Assembly: GCA_002781785.1 (NCBI GenBank)
Contig: PFGC01000041.1
Location: 145 to 64,144 of the forward strand
DNA: 64,000 nt
Reading direction: 5' to 3'
Origin: Candidatus Kerfeldbacteria bacterium CG15_BIG_FIL_POST_REV_8_21_14_020_45_12
GTDB taxonomy: Bacteria > Patescibacteriota > Patescibacteriia > UBA9570 > XYC2-FULL-38-9
Shown: piece after piece, positions 27,779-36,123 of the stretch
How the letters are laid out: each line of letters opens with the position of its first letter
Position numbering within the stretch: the stretch's first letter is position 1
Translations under genes and position numbers: made by a program
The notes under the pieces: model-generated
What the model saw: the letters and a program-made list of their open reading frames with translations, nothing else
What the model was told of the DNA's origin: nothing
The model's database searches: none

Positions 27779-29958
27779 GTATCTAATCTCTGCCAATAGT
27801 AAACTTCAACATTTGAGTTCTTCAACTCAGGCACTTGACTGGTTTTGTACTCAGCCTGCTCAGCAATAAATTTACGCACAGGCCTTGTCAAATGATGAGC
27901 CTTGCCCGCTGGCCAAATAAACCACATCGCCTCATGTTCCTTAACCATTTTCTTTAACTTCTTCAATGTCAAGCTTTGCTGTTCACCCAAATTAATAACT
28001 TCTAAATCCTTATCAACCCCCCAGTAGACACCTCTGAAAGACTGCGCAAAAATTGGCTCCGATACCGACCTGTTTCCTTTTACATAAGCATAAGCTGTAC
28101 GGACATCATGTCCAATACCAGCAACATGCACTTGTTCTGACCTCCCCTCATAAGTTAGCCCCCACAAGGCCGGCACTCCTGGGAGTGTGATAGGTACAAA
28201 AATCAGTATAGCAGTTAAAACAGTGACTCCCCTGCCTAAGCGCTGATTATTAAATACAGCACTCAATCGTTCGAGAGCATAGTACAAAACCACCGATGCG
28301 ACAGTTAAAGCCATTGGCATAATAAATAATATATAACGCATGGCGTTATATCTTTTCACAGCAAAAGTGAAGAGCAAAATTACTGCCACAGACACGACAC
28401 TAATAAATCTACCGCCGGAACTATGTCGCAGATTATAGATAATGCCTACTAAGTAAAGTACAATCACTAAAGCGACGATCGGCTGGTCAGAAAACGGTAT
28501 CAATTCATATTGAAAATTTGCAATTGGCCTCCAACCAATGAACTGCCCCAACAAAGAAACATTGAAGACTTGAAATGCCACAGCCCCTAACCACACTATC
28601 ACCACGCCCAGCAACACCCATAATCCAGCCACTTGTCTCTGGCGATGACTGCCATCATTTGCTACTTCCCAAATTAACTCAACTATTAAGTATAAAAGCC
28701 AGGCTGGAAAGAAAATCAAAAATAGGAAATGCGTTTCAATAGCCAGCAGGCTCATTAAAACTGCCAAAATACCTACCGCCACCAATCTAAACCAACGCAC
28801 GGTCGCCGCCATAGACAATCTATAACACGCGTACCACAACAACATAGCGGCGTTCCCAACAACTAACAACATACTGTACATCCTCACTATCCTGGCGTGC
28901 AAAATAAAATGATCTAAAAACACAAAGGCAAGAACTGTCACCGTGGCTACTCCAATATTTTTAGTCCAAACTCGAATTACAATATAGGCTCCAGCAATAA
29001 ATATCATAAACCACATCACTGACGGTAAGCGCAGAGCAGATTCTGATAAGCCGAATATAGCTAAAGCCCCTGTTGTTTGCAGTGTGTAAGCCCGAGCTCG
29101 GTCATACCGCAAAACCTCTCCGTCCGCATCGAGTAGCGGAGCATCATCAACCGCGTTCCACTGCACAAAATCTCCAGACTCACGCAGGCCCAGAGCTGTG
29201 TTTACATGATAGTACTCGTCATTTTGAAAACTCAATCCAGACAAATTTGTTCCCGTAACCATTAAAGTTAAAAATAAAAGTCCAGCCAAAACAATTCCAT
29301 CAACCCATCCTGGAACTGACCATTTTTGTATCCCCAATTGAAAATGTGCTCTAGTATTTTCAGTTAATCCTCTAGAGTGCACTAACGCAACAAATCCTCC
29401 AACCACCGTTGCCGAAAGAAATAATAAAACCAAATCCAGATCTCCAACTGATCTTTCACCAAACTGCCCAGCGCTAAAAAATCTATATAGAACTAATATA
29501 CCTATCGCCCCATACCCAGTCCAAGCTGGTAACTTAAGTGCGTGGTGTCGTAAAAGGAGAGCAGCAGGAATAGTAAAAAATAGGAAACAAGTTCCTGTTA
29601 GCCAAACATCTCCTAAAATTGGCTCCCCTATTGCCAAGCAAACCATCACAACTGGGAAGCTGGACATTGCCACATAAAATAACAACTGATCACGACTCAT
29701 TCTGTGCTGCAAACTCGCCCACACAACTGCGGCAATAACTATACCAGCCGCTATATATGGAATTGGCGAAACAGACAAACCTCCAACCTCTAGCCAACTG
29801 ACAATAAAAAAATGTACCGAAACTGAATACAAGACTGAGAGCGGGTACAACCATCTCTTTAAATCTTCAGAATGCTGATTATACACTAACCACAAAAAAG
29901 CTAGCGCCATGGCACCCAGAAAAACTAGTGTATCTGTCAAGAAAACCCATGAGCTCAT
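27772..29958 (-). CDS. Large polytopic membrane protein (728 aa), possibly a GT-C-like glycosyltransferase or polymerase
   Basis: About 15 hydrophobic helices along most of its length, plus a C-terminal soluble domain of about 130 aa. No diagnostic motif recognised. Confidence 0.4.
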   Translation of the reverse strand: MSSWVFLTDTLVFLGAMALAFLWLVYNQHSEDLKRWLYPLSVLYSVSVHFFIVSWLEVGGLSVSPIPYIAAGIVIAAVVWASLQHRMSRDQLLFYVAMSSFPVVMVCLAIGEPILGDVWLTGTCFLFFTIPAALLLRHHALKLPAWTGYGAIGILVLYRFFSAGQFGERSVGDLDLVLLFLSATVVGGFVALVHSRGLTENTRAHFQLGIQKWSVPGWVDGIVLAGLLFLTLMVTGTNLSGLSFQNDEYYHVNTALGLRESGDFVQWNAVDDAPLLDADGEVLRYDRARAYTLQTTGALAIFGLSESALRLPSVMWFMIFIAGAYIVIRVWTKNIGVATVTVLAFVFLDHFILHARIVRMYSMLLVVGNAAMLLWYACYRLSMAATVRWFRLVAVGILAVLMSLLAIETHFLFLIFFPAWLLYLIVELIWEVANDGSHRQRQVAGLWVLLGVVIVWLGAVAFQVFNVSLLGQFIGWRPIANFQYELIPFSDQPIVALVIVLYLVGIIYNLRHSSGGRFISVVSVAVILLFTFAVKRYNAMRYILFIMPMALTVASVVLYYALERLSAVFNNQRLGRGVTVLTAILIFVPITLPGVPALWGLTYEGRSEQVHVAGIGHDVRTAYAYVKGNRSVSEPIFAQSFRGVYWGVDKDLEVINLGEQQSLTLKKLKKMVKEHEAMWFIWPAGKAHHLTRPVRKFIAEQAEYKTSQVPELKNSNVEVYYWQRLDTK

Positions 29959-30005
29959 GAAATCAGTATAGCTTGACAGGCCCTCTCAAGCAACACCAGG
30001 TCAGC

Positions 30006-30034
30006 TTGAAAAAATAGGCTACTTCAGCTAGTAT
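30006..30034 (+). promoter_or_regulatory. Candidate sigma70-like promoter for the 30044-39547 gene series
   Basis: TTGAAA (30006-30011), 17-nt spacer, TAGTAT (30029-30034). The ATG at 30044 would give a very short leader. Confidence 0.3.
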
Positions 30035-30043
30035 AGCCAGGAT

Positions 30044-31114
30044 ATGGACACTTCCCACATTCTGTTCCTCACCCGTAAATTCCCGCCTTCTCGTGGCGGC
30101 ATGGAAACATTTAGCTACGAGCTAACCCAACGGTATCCAGGCTCTAGCGAAGTTGTACACTATGGTCATAAACAACATGACATTATTTGGGCTGCACCAA
30201 TGTTGTTATTCTCAGCTTTTAGTCGCCGCAAACAAGTTAATCTAATCCATTTAGGAGATCTCGTTCTAGCACCGCTGGCCCCCTTTCTAAAACGTTGGTT
30301 TAAAGTTCCAGTTGTAGCCACCGCTCACGCCTTGGAATTAACTCATGGCAATCGCCTATTGCAGTGGTTAATTAATAGATCGCTACCCGATCTAACACAC
30401 ATAGTAGCTGTTAGCGACTTCACCAAAGATTTACTTATAAGTCGCGGTGTCTCTCTTGATAAAATTTCTGTCATCACCCACGGAATTGAACCTCCTATTG
30501 AACTAGACCGCAATCAAGCCCGCGCCACTCTTTCTACTAAACTAAAATTAACCAGCGATGATGTCCATCGTCCACTACTTCTCACCGTTGGTCGACTGGT
30601 AAAACGAAAAGGGGTGGCTTGGTTTATAGAAAATGTCCTTGATACCTTAGGGGCATCTCCCATATATTTAATTTCTTCAGACGGTCCTGACAAAACTGAC
30701 CTTGAAAAACTAGCTACCACCAGACCTAATGTTCGTTTACTAGGCAAGGTTGATGACATGTTTCTCAGCACGCTGTATGCCGGAACAGATATTTTTATTA
30801 TGCCCAACATTGATATTACCGGTGACGCTGAAGGCTTTGGCTTTGTCGCCATCGAGGCTGCAGCTCACGGGCTGCCGGTAGTGGCAGCCCGTCTAGATGG
30901 CATCCCTAACGCAATTCACGATGACAAGAATGGCAAACTAGTAACCCCAGGTGCAGCTGATGAATTTATTTACGTTATTAATCAATGGGTAAATAACCCG
31001 CAAGACAGACAAGACTTTGGCCAAGCCGCTAAAGCCTATACCGTACGTCATTTTTCCTGGGACGATAGAGTCAAGCAATATCAAGAGTTGTTTTTATTAC
31101 TTTTAAAGCCATGA
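30044..31114 (+). CDS. Glycosyltransferase family 4
   Basis: GDAEGFGFVAIEAAAHGLPVVAARLDGIP (E-x7-E). Confidence 0.8.
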   Translation: MDTSHILFLTRKFPPSRGGMETFSYELTQRYPGSSEVVHYGHKQHDIIWAAPMLLFSAFSRRKQVNLIHLGDLVLAPLAPFLKRWFKVPVVATAHALELTHGNRLLQWLINRSLPDLTHIVAVSDFTKDLLISRGVSLDKISVITHGIEPPIELDRNQARATLSTKLKLTSDDVHRPLLLTVGRLVKRKGVAWFIENVLDTLGASPIYLISSDGPDKTDLEKLATTRPNVRLLGKVDDMFLSTLYAGTDIFIMPNIDITGDAEGFGFVAIEAAAHGLPVVAARLDGIPNAIHDDKNGKLVTPGAADEFIYVINQWVNNPQDRQDFGQAAKAYTVRHFSWDDRVKQYQELFLLLLKP

Positions 31115-32550
31115 ACCTAACAAAGGTTGTTTTCAAAAATTTTTCCTACATCATGATCGGACGTGTCCTCTTTCGTTTCTTGAATGCGGCCATCATGATC
31201 TATGCCGCTCGCTATCTTGGAGTGGACCGCTACGGAATGTTTGAAACCGCCCTAGCCTGGGCCAATGCGTTTTTGGCGCTCAACGACGTTGGCATGAGTA
31301 CACTAATCGTACGAGAGGGGGCTCGAGACGAATCAAAAATTGCTGTCTATTTTGGAAACACTTTGTTAGTTGAAGTTATCTTCTCCATTATTTTGTACGC
31401 GACCGTCTTATTGGTCGGTTTTGGAATTGGTTACAACCACACTACCATGGTTCTACTAGCCATCCTCGGAGCCGGAGGTTTAATCTTTGAGTTCCGCAAA
31501 GTCATGCGCGGAATCTTCCGAATTTATCTTAAACTAAAAGTGGTGGCCTTCCTAGAAGTTCTCAACGGCATTATTTATTTCCTTTTAACCTTGTGGATTG
31601 TCACCACGATCAAGGACATCGACGTCGGTCTACTGGGTATTGCTCACGCCAATTTGTGGACAAACGTGCTCTTTGTCGCAGCTTTGTTCTTTTACACTCT
31701 ACGCTTCGTCAAACCAAAAATTGACCGCAAGCAAATCTGGCCAATGATCAAGCAGTCATACGTATTCACCTTGTACAATTTATTTTTCATGTTGTACTTC
31801 CAAATTGATCAGATAATTCTCTCCATCCTCAAACCGGCTAGTGAGGTTGGCATCTATTCGGCCTCAGCAAAATTAGTTGGTGCATTTCTGTTTATTCCAG
31901 TCATGCTCTTTCAAGTCACCATGCCAATTATGTATCAAGCTAGTCGTGAAGACATGCCAAGATACAAGCGTATTAATCATATGAAGTGGCGCTATCTAGC
32001 TGCCTTCGGCATTCCCGCTGGAGTTGGCCTTTGGTTACTAGCTCCACAAATCATCAACTTTGTGTTTGGAGAAAAGTATCTTGCCTCTATTCCAGTGCTT
32101 GCAGTCATGGGTTGGTTTTTAGCCATTCGCTTCACTGCGCTGTCTCAAGGCAATTCTCTAACCACCACTGATCGCCAAGGCCTACGCGCCTTCATTCAAA
32201 TTCTCTCCCTAGTCTTAAATATTGTTCTGGACATTATCTTGATCAAAAAATATGGAGCACTTGGGGCTGGTATAGCCACCTTAATCACTGAAGCCTGCAT
32301 CGCCACGTCTTATCTATATTTTTCAGCCAAGTATTTGGAAGAAAGCGTGCTCAAAAACAGCTTATCCTTGCTGCCAATTGTGGGAGCAACGCTAGTTATG
32401 AGCCTGGCTGTTTTCTTGGCAAAAGACCAACTGCATGTTATCTTTGTGATGCTTTTAGGCGTAATAACCTACCTCCCCTTCCTCTGGATTTTTAGGTTCT
32501 TTCGCCCCTACGACAAACAGATTTTGCAGCAAATAATGAGCAAGCCATAG
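31111..32550 (+). CDS. Wzx-like oligosaccharide flippase (MOP superfamily polysaccharide biosynthesis protein)
   Basis: N-terminus NFSYIMIGRVLFRFLNAAIMIYAARYLGVDRYG is typical of Wzx. About 12-14 TM helices. Confidence 0.7.
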   Translation: MNLTKVVFKNFSYIMIGRVLFRFLNAAIMIYAARYLGVDRYGMFETALAWANAFLALNDVGMSTLIVREGARDESKIAVYFGNTLLVEVIFSIILYATVLLVGFGIGYNHTTMVLLAILGAGGLIFEFRKVMRGIFRIYLKLKVVAFLEVLNGIIYFLLTLWIVTTIKDIDVGLLGIAHANLWTNVLFVAALFFYTLRFVKPKIDRKQIWPMIKQSYVFTLYNLFFMLYFQIDQIILSILKPASEVGIYSASAKLVGAFLFIPVMLFQVTMPIMYQASREDMPRYKRINHMKWRYLAAFGIPAGVGLWLLAPQIINFVFGEKYLASIPVLAVMGWFLAIRFTALSQGNSLTTTDRQGLRAFIQILSLVLNIVLDIILIKKYGALGAGIATLITEACIATSYLYFSAKYLEESVLKNSLSLLPIVGATLVMSLAVFLAKDQLHVIFVMLLGVITYLPFLWIFRFFRPYDKQILQQIMSKP

Positions 32551-32551
32551 C

Positions 32552-33283
32552 ATGCGTACAATAATAATGGCCGCTGGTGCCAGTCGACGCCTTCAACCGC
32601 TCACTGACACTATTCCAAAAACCTTACTTAAGCTCGGTGAAAAAACTATCTTAGCTAGGATTTTAGATACAGCCAGAGAGCAAAGTTTGACGCATTTTGA
32701 CATCGTCACCGGACACGGGCATCCAGCCGTAGAGGAATTTGCTGCTGAATATCAAACTGCTCACCCCGACATCAACATCAATCTCATTTATAACGATCAG
32801 TACGACTCCACTGGTAATATTGTTTCACTTCAATATGCCAACCAGGCCTTCGACGAAGATTTTCTAATTGTAAACTCGGACACTATATTCCATGCTGACA
32901 TTCTCAAGCGCTTGCTAGATTCAAACCACCCCAATGCTATGGTGGTAGACAACGTCAGCCAGCTTGGAGAAGAAGAGATGAAAGTGCTCACCGATGACAA
33001 AGAAGCCATTACGCACATTCACAAAAGTCTCGACCCAGACTCCGCTACTGGTGAGTACATTGGCATCATGAAGTTATCTAAGGATGTAAAACAGAAATTG
33101 CTCAACAGTCTTGATCAAACTATAAACAAGGACAATTCTCTTTACTATGAAGACGCCTTGCAGCATTTGATCACCGACAACGGGATTACCATTCACCCAG
33201 TCTATACCGATAGTCTGCCAAGTATGGAAATCGATACTCCAGAGGACCTAGATGACGCTGGCAAGTTAATTCTAGAAATGTAA
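32552..33283 (+). CDS. Nucleotidyltransferase (LicC/MobA-like cytidylyl/sugar-phosphate nucleotidyltransferase)
   Basis: IIMAAGASRRLQPLTDTIPKTLLKLGEKTIL resembles the LicC N-terminus (ILAAGLGTRLRPLTENTPKAL). Confidence 0.65.
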   Translation: MRTIIMAAGASRRLQPLTDTIPKTLLKLGEKTILARILDTAREQSLTHFDIVTGHGHPAVEEFAAEYQTAHPDININLIYNDQYDSTGNIVSLQYANQAFDEDFLIVNSDTIFHADILKRLLDSNHPNAMVVDNVSQLGEEEMKVLTDDKEAITHIHKSLDPDSATGEYIGIMKLSKDVKQKLLNSLDQTINKDNSLYYEDALQHLITDNGITIHPVYTDSLPSMEIDTPEDLDDAGKLILEM

Positions 33284-33285
33284 AT

Positions 33286-34368
33286 ATGTCAGTCATTCTT
33301 CGTAACATTCAAATCCCTCTCTTTATCAAAATAGAGACTGGTTGCTTGCAGAACATTCGACAAATTCTCGACGAACATCATTTGCATTTTCAAAAACCGT
33401 TAGTTCTGTCTGAAGAACACATTCTAGCCCTCGGCGGTAATGATGTTGTAAATGCTCTCGGCAATCCCGCCACAGTTTTGATGAAAGAAAATTCCATCGC
33501 GGCTGGCGACCGCCTAGCCAAGGAAATTAGAGAAAAGGGCAACGATCTGATTGTCAGCGTCGGCGGTGGCCGCACGCTTGACCTTGGTAAATACGCTGCT
33601 ACTAAAGCCGGTGTAAATTACATTTCAATACCAACCTCACCATCTAACGATGGTATTTGCTCTCCGGTAGCCGTACTGACAGACGACGACATGACCAAGA
33701 GCCTTCCTGTCAATATGCCTATTGGAATATTTGTCGACACCTCTATCCTAACCAGCGCTCCGATACACAACATTAGAGCTGGCATTGGAGATCTCATTTC
33801 AAATATGTCTGCTATAAACGACTGGAGACTAGCTTACCACGACGGCAAAGAAAGCATGGATGACTTTGCTGCCTCTATCGCTTTTTCCGCCGCTCAGCTA
33901 ATTCACGAAACCTGCCGCGGTGTAAATATAAATATTTCCGATGAAGCCTTTCTAGAAAAACTTGTCCATGGATTGATTCTGTCTGGAATTGCCATGAACA
34001 TTGCTGGCAACAGTCGTCCCTGTTCGGGTTCAGAACACGAAATCTCCCACGCTATTGATGCACTATTTCCTGGCAGATCTATTCATGGACTGCAGGTTTC
34101 TTATGGAACCTTACTTGGCTGCTTCCTCAGAAAAGAGGAGGACCTGCTGGTTGATTTAGTAGATTTTTTTGCTCGCGTTGAGCTGCCTGCCACTCACCAA
34201 GAACTAGGCCTTACCGATGATGAAATGATCGATGTGTTTCTAAAAGCTCCGGAAACTCGCCCAGAGCGATATACTATTTTGGAAAAACTACACATCACTG
34301 ACAGAGGTGCGGTAGCTAAACTGCTCAATGAATACAATGCCCACATCGCCGAACTCCAAGGTAAATAA
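33286..34368 (+). CDS. sn-glycerol-1-phosphate dehydrogenase-like enzyme (G1PDH/AraM family, DHQS-like iron-ADH superfamily)
   Basis: GGGRTLDLGKYAA (NAD site), IPTSPSNDGICS, DTSILTSAPIHNIRAGIGDLISN, metal-ligand region SGSEHEISHAID and HGLQVSYG. This pattern fits the G1PDH/glycerol-DH branch. Confidence 0.55.
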   Translation: MSVILRNIQIPLFIKIETGCLQNIRQILDEHHLHFQKPLVLSEEHILALGGNDVVNALGNPATVLMKENSIAAGDRLAKEIREKGNDLIVSVGGGRTLDLGKYAATKAGVNYISIPTSPSNDGICSPVAVLTDDDMTKSLPVNMPIGIFVDTSILTSAPIHNIRAGIGDLISNMSAINDWRLAYHDGKESMDDFAASIAFSAAQLIHETCRGVNINISDEAFLEKLVHGLILSGIAMNIAGNSRPCSGSEHEISHAIDALFPGRSIHGLQVSYGTLLGCFLRKEEDLLVDLVDFFARVELPATHQELGLTDDEMIDVFLKAPETRPERYTILEKLHITDRGAVAKLLNEYNAHIAELQGK

Positions 34369-35134
34369 TCAGGAAAATCCACGCTGGATAATAAAACGGG
34401 AAGATCCGCTCTATGGCCACTACGTTGTCCAGCAATTAGCCTACTTTGTAGTTAGGTTAATAGACCGAACCCCGATCACGCCAAATTTTGTCACAGCGCT
34501 CTCCTTTCTCACCGGCCTTACTGGCGCTGTACTTTTTGCTCTGGGCCAGCGTCACTATTTTATCTGGGGAATACTTTTTATAAACTTAGCCTTAATCCTT
34601 GATTGTGTTGATGGCCAGCTTTGCCGTAGACGTGGCACAGGCTCTAATTTTGGGGCTTGGCTTGACTACCATACGGATAAACTAAAAGACGGCGCCGTTC
34701 TACTTGGCTGGACCATTGGTGCCTACAAACTAGCCAGTGCTCATTCGGCAGAAATTGTTAGTAGCTTTCCGCAAACCTCTCTAGCCATACTTTATTTTAC
34801 AGTAGCTTTCTTAGCTATCTTCTTTCAATTTCTCCGCAATATCACAGCGCTTAATCGAGACATTAATACCCTGCAAAAAACCGGTCACAAAGATGAACCA
34901 AGAACCTTCTACGACACCTCAGCAAATTCTGGCCAATTCATCCGTTCACTCAAGCACTCTCTACTATTTAAGTATGCCGATCGCATCTTACTGTTTACTA
35001 TCTTTGGCTTACTAGGGCTTTACTTTCAAGCAATTATCGTGTACGCTGCCCTGGCAATTTTTTACGCAACGCTCTCTGCCTTCCTTAATTATCGTGAAGG
35101 CTGGCGCGCCGACCAAGTAAAACAACCCCAATAA
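34328..35134 (+). CDS. CDP-alcohol phosphatidyltransferase-family membrane enzyme
   Basis: Family motif D-G-x2-[AC]-R-x8-G-x3-D-x3-D is present as LDCVDGQLCRRRGTGSNFGAWLDYHTDKLKD. Multiple TM helices. Confidence 0.75.
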   Translation: MNTMPTSPNSKVNNQENPRWIIKREDPLYGHYVVQQLAYFVVRLIDRTPITPNFVTALSFLTGLTGAVLFALGQRHYFIWGILFINLALILDCVDGQLCRRRGTGSNFGAWLDYHTDKLKDGAVLLGWTIGAYKLASAHSAEIVSSFPQTSLAILYFTVAFLAIFFQFLRNITALNRDINTLQKTGHKDEPRTFYDTSANSGQFIRSLKHSLLFKYADRILLFTIFGLLGLYFQAIIVYAALAIFYATLSAFLNYREGWRADQVKQPQ

Positions 35135-35137
35135 ACT

Positions 35138-35365
35138 ATGCAAATTTCTCTACCTGACGATCTCGTCAAGCAACTAGAAAGCCGCGTTAGCGCCTCAACC
35201 GAATTTTCTACGATTGAAGAGTACGCTATCTACGTACTAACAGAGGTCTTAAAGCAGACCGACGACTCAAGTACTAAAAATAGCACTGATTCAGATGACA
35301 ATTACACTAAAGACCAAGAAGACGCTGTCAAAGACCGACTCGAGAGCTTAGGCTATTTAGATTAA
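35138..35365 (+). CDS. Small (75 aa) ribbon-helix-helix-like protein, paralog of 50824..51021
   Basis: N-terminus MQISLPDDLVKQLESRVS is RHH beta-strand plus helix-like. C-terminal tail VKDRLESLGYLD is shared with the ORF at 50824..51021. Tightly packed between neighbours, with a 3-nt gap upstream and a 2-nt gap downstream. Confidence 0.45.
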   Translation: MQISLPDDLVKQLESRVSASTEFSTIEEYAIYVLTEVLKQTDDSSTKNSTDSDDNYTKDQEDAVKDRLESLGYLD

Positions 35366-35367
35366 AC

Positions 35368-36051
35368 ATGCGCGCTGTCATCCTAGCCGCTGGGATGGGC
35401 ACACGTCTTGGTGGCGACGTTCCCAAACCCCTTACTCCGCTGATGGCAGATCGGACAATTATTGATTTACAAATTGCTAAACTAGAACCACTGGTCGGAC
35501 GAGACAACATTACAGTAGTCATCGGCTATGAGCAGGAACAATTCATGGACCGCTTTCCAGATCTTAATTTTGTAATAAACGAACAGTACCAGTTTACCAA
35601 TACCGCCAAGAGCTTACTACTGGCTCTTAAAACGATCAGCAACGAATCGGTACTTTGGATGAATGGCGATATCTTTTTTGATGACAGCGTACTCGACTAC
35701 CTTACCCAAGCCAGCGGATCAACCTGCCTAGTTGATACCAAGCAGTGCGGTGAGGAGGAGATAAAATATACAACCAACGAGCGTGGCACCATTGACCAGC
35801 TTTCCAAGCAGGTACAAAACGCTGAGGGAGAAGCTCTAGGGATAAATCTAATTGAAGCTACTGACCTAAGCCTGTTTACTGAACAGCTTGAGAGCGTCGG
35901 CGATAACGATTATTTTGAAAAGGCCCTCGAAGAACTTACAACTTCCGGGCGTTTGGAGCTGACTCCAGTCGATATTGAAACAGCTTTTTGCCAAGAGATA
36001 GACTTCCCAGAAGACCTCGCGCAAGTTCAAGCCCATCTTGAGGCCAATTAA
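35368..36051 (+). CDS. Nucleotidyltransferase (MobA/LicC-like)
   Basis: MRAVILAAGMGTRLGGDVPKPLTPL. Confidence 0.65.
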   Translation: MRAVILAAGMGTRLGGDVPKPLTPLMADRTIIDLQIAKLEPLVGRDNITVVIGYEQEQFMDRFPDLNFVINEQYQFTNTAKSLLLALKTISNESVLWMNGDIFFDDSVLDYLTQASGSTCLVDTKQCGEEEIKYTTNERGTIDQLSKQVQNAEGEALGINLIEATDLSLFTEQLESVGDNDYFEKALEELTTSGRLELTPVDIETAFCQEIDFPEDLAQVQAHLEAN

Positions 36052-36123
36052 CCAATAGCTTGAAACTCCAGCCAAAATACTGTACCCTTTCTTGGGTACA
36101 TTTTTGATCCTGATATACCACAT

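Noticed and set aside
29973-29978. Perfect TTGACA hexamer upstream of the 30044 gene, as a -35 element
   Set aside because: No acceptable -10 hexamer lies 16-19 nt downstream (CCAGGT at that spacing). The weaker TTGAAA-17-TAGTAT pair at 30006..30034 fits better.
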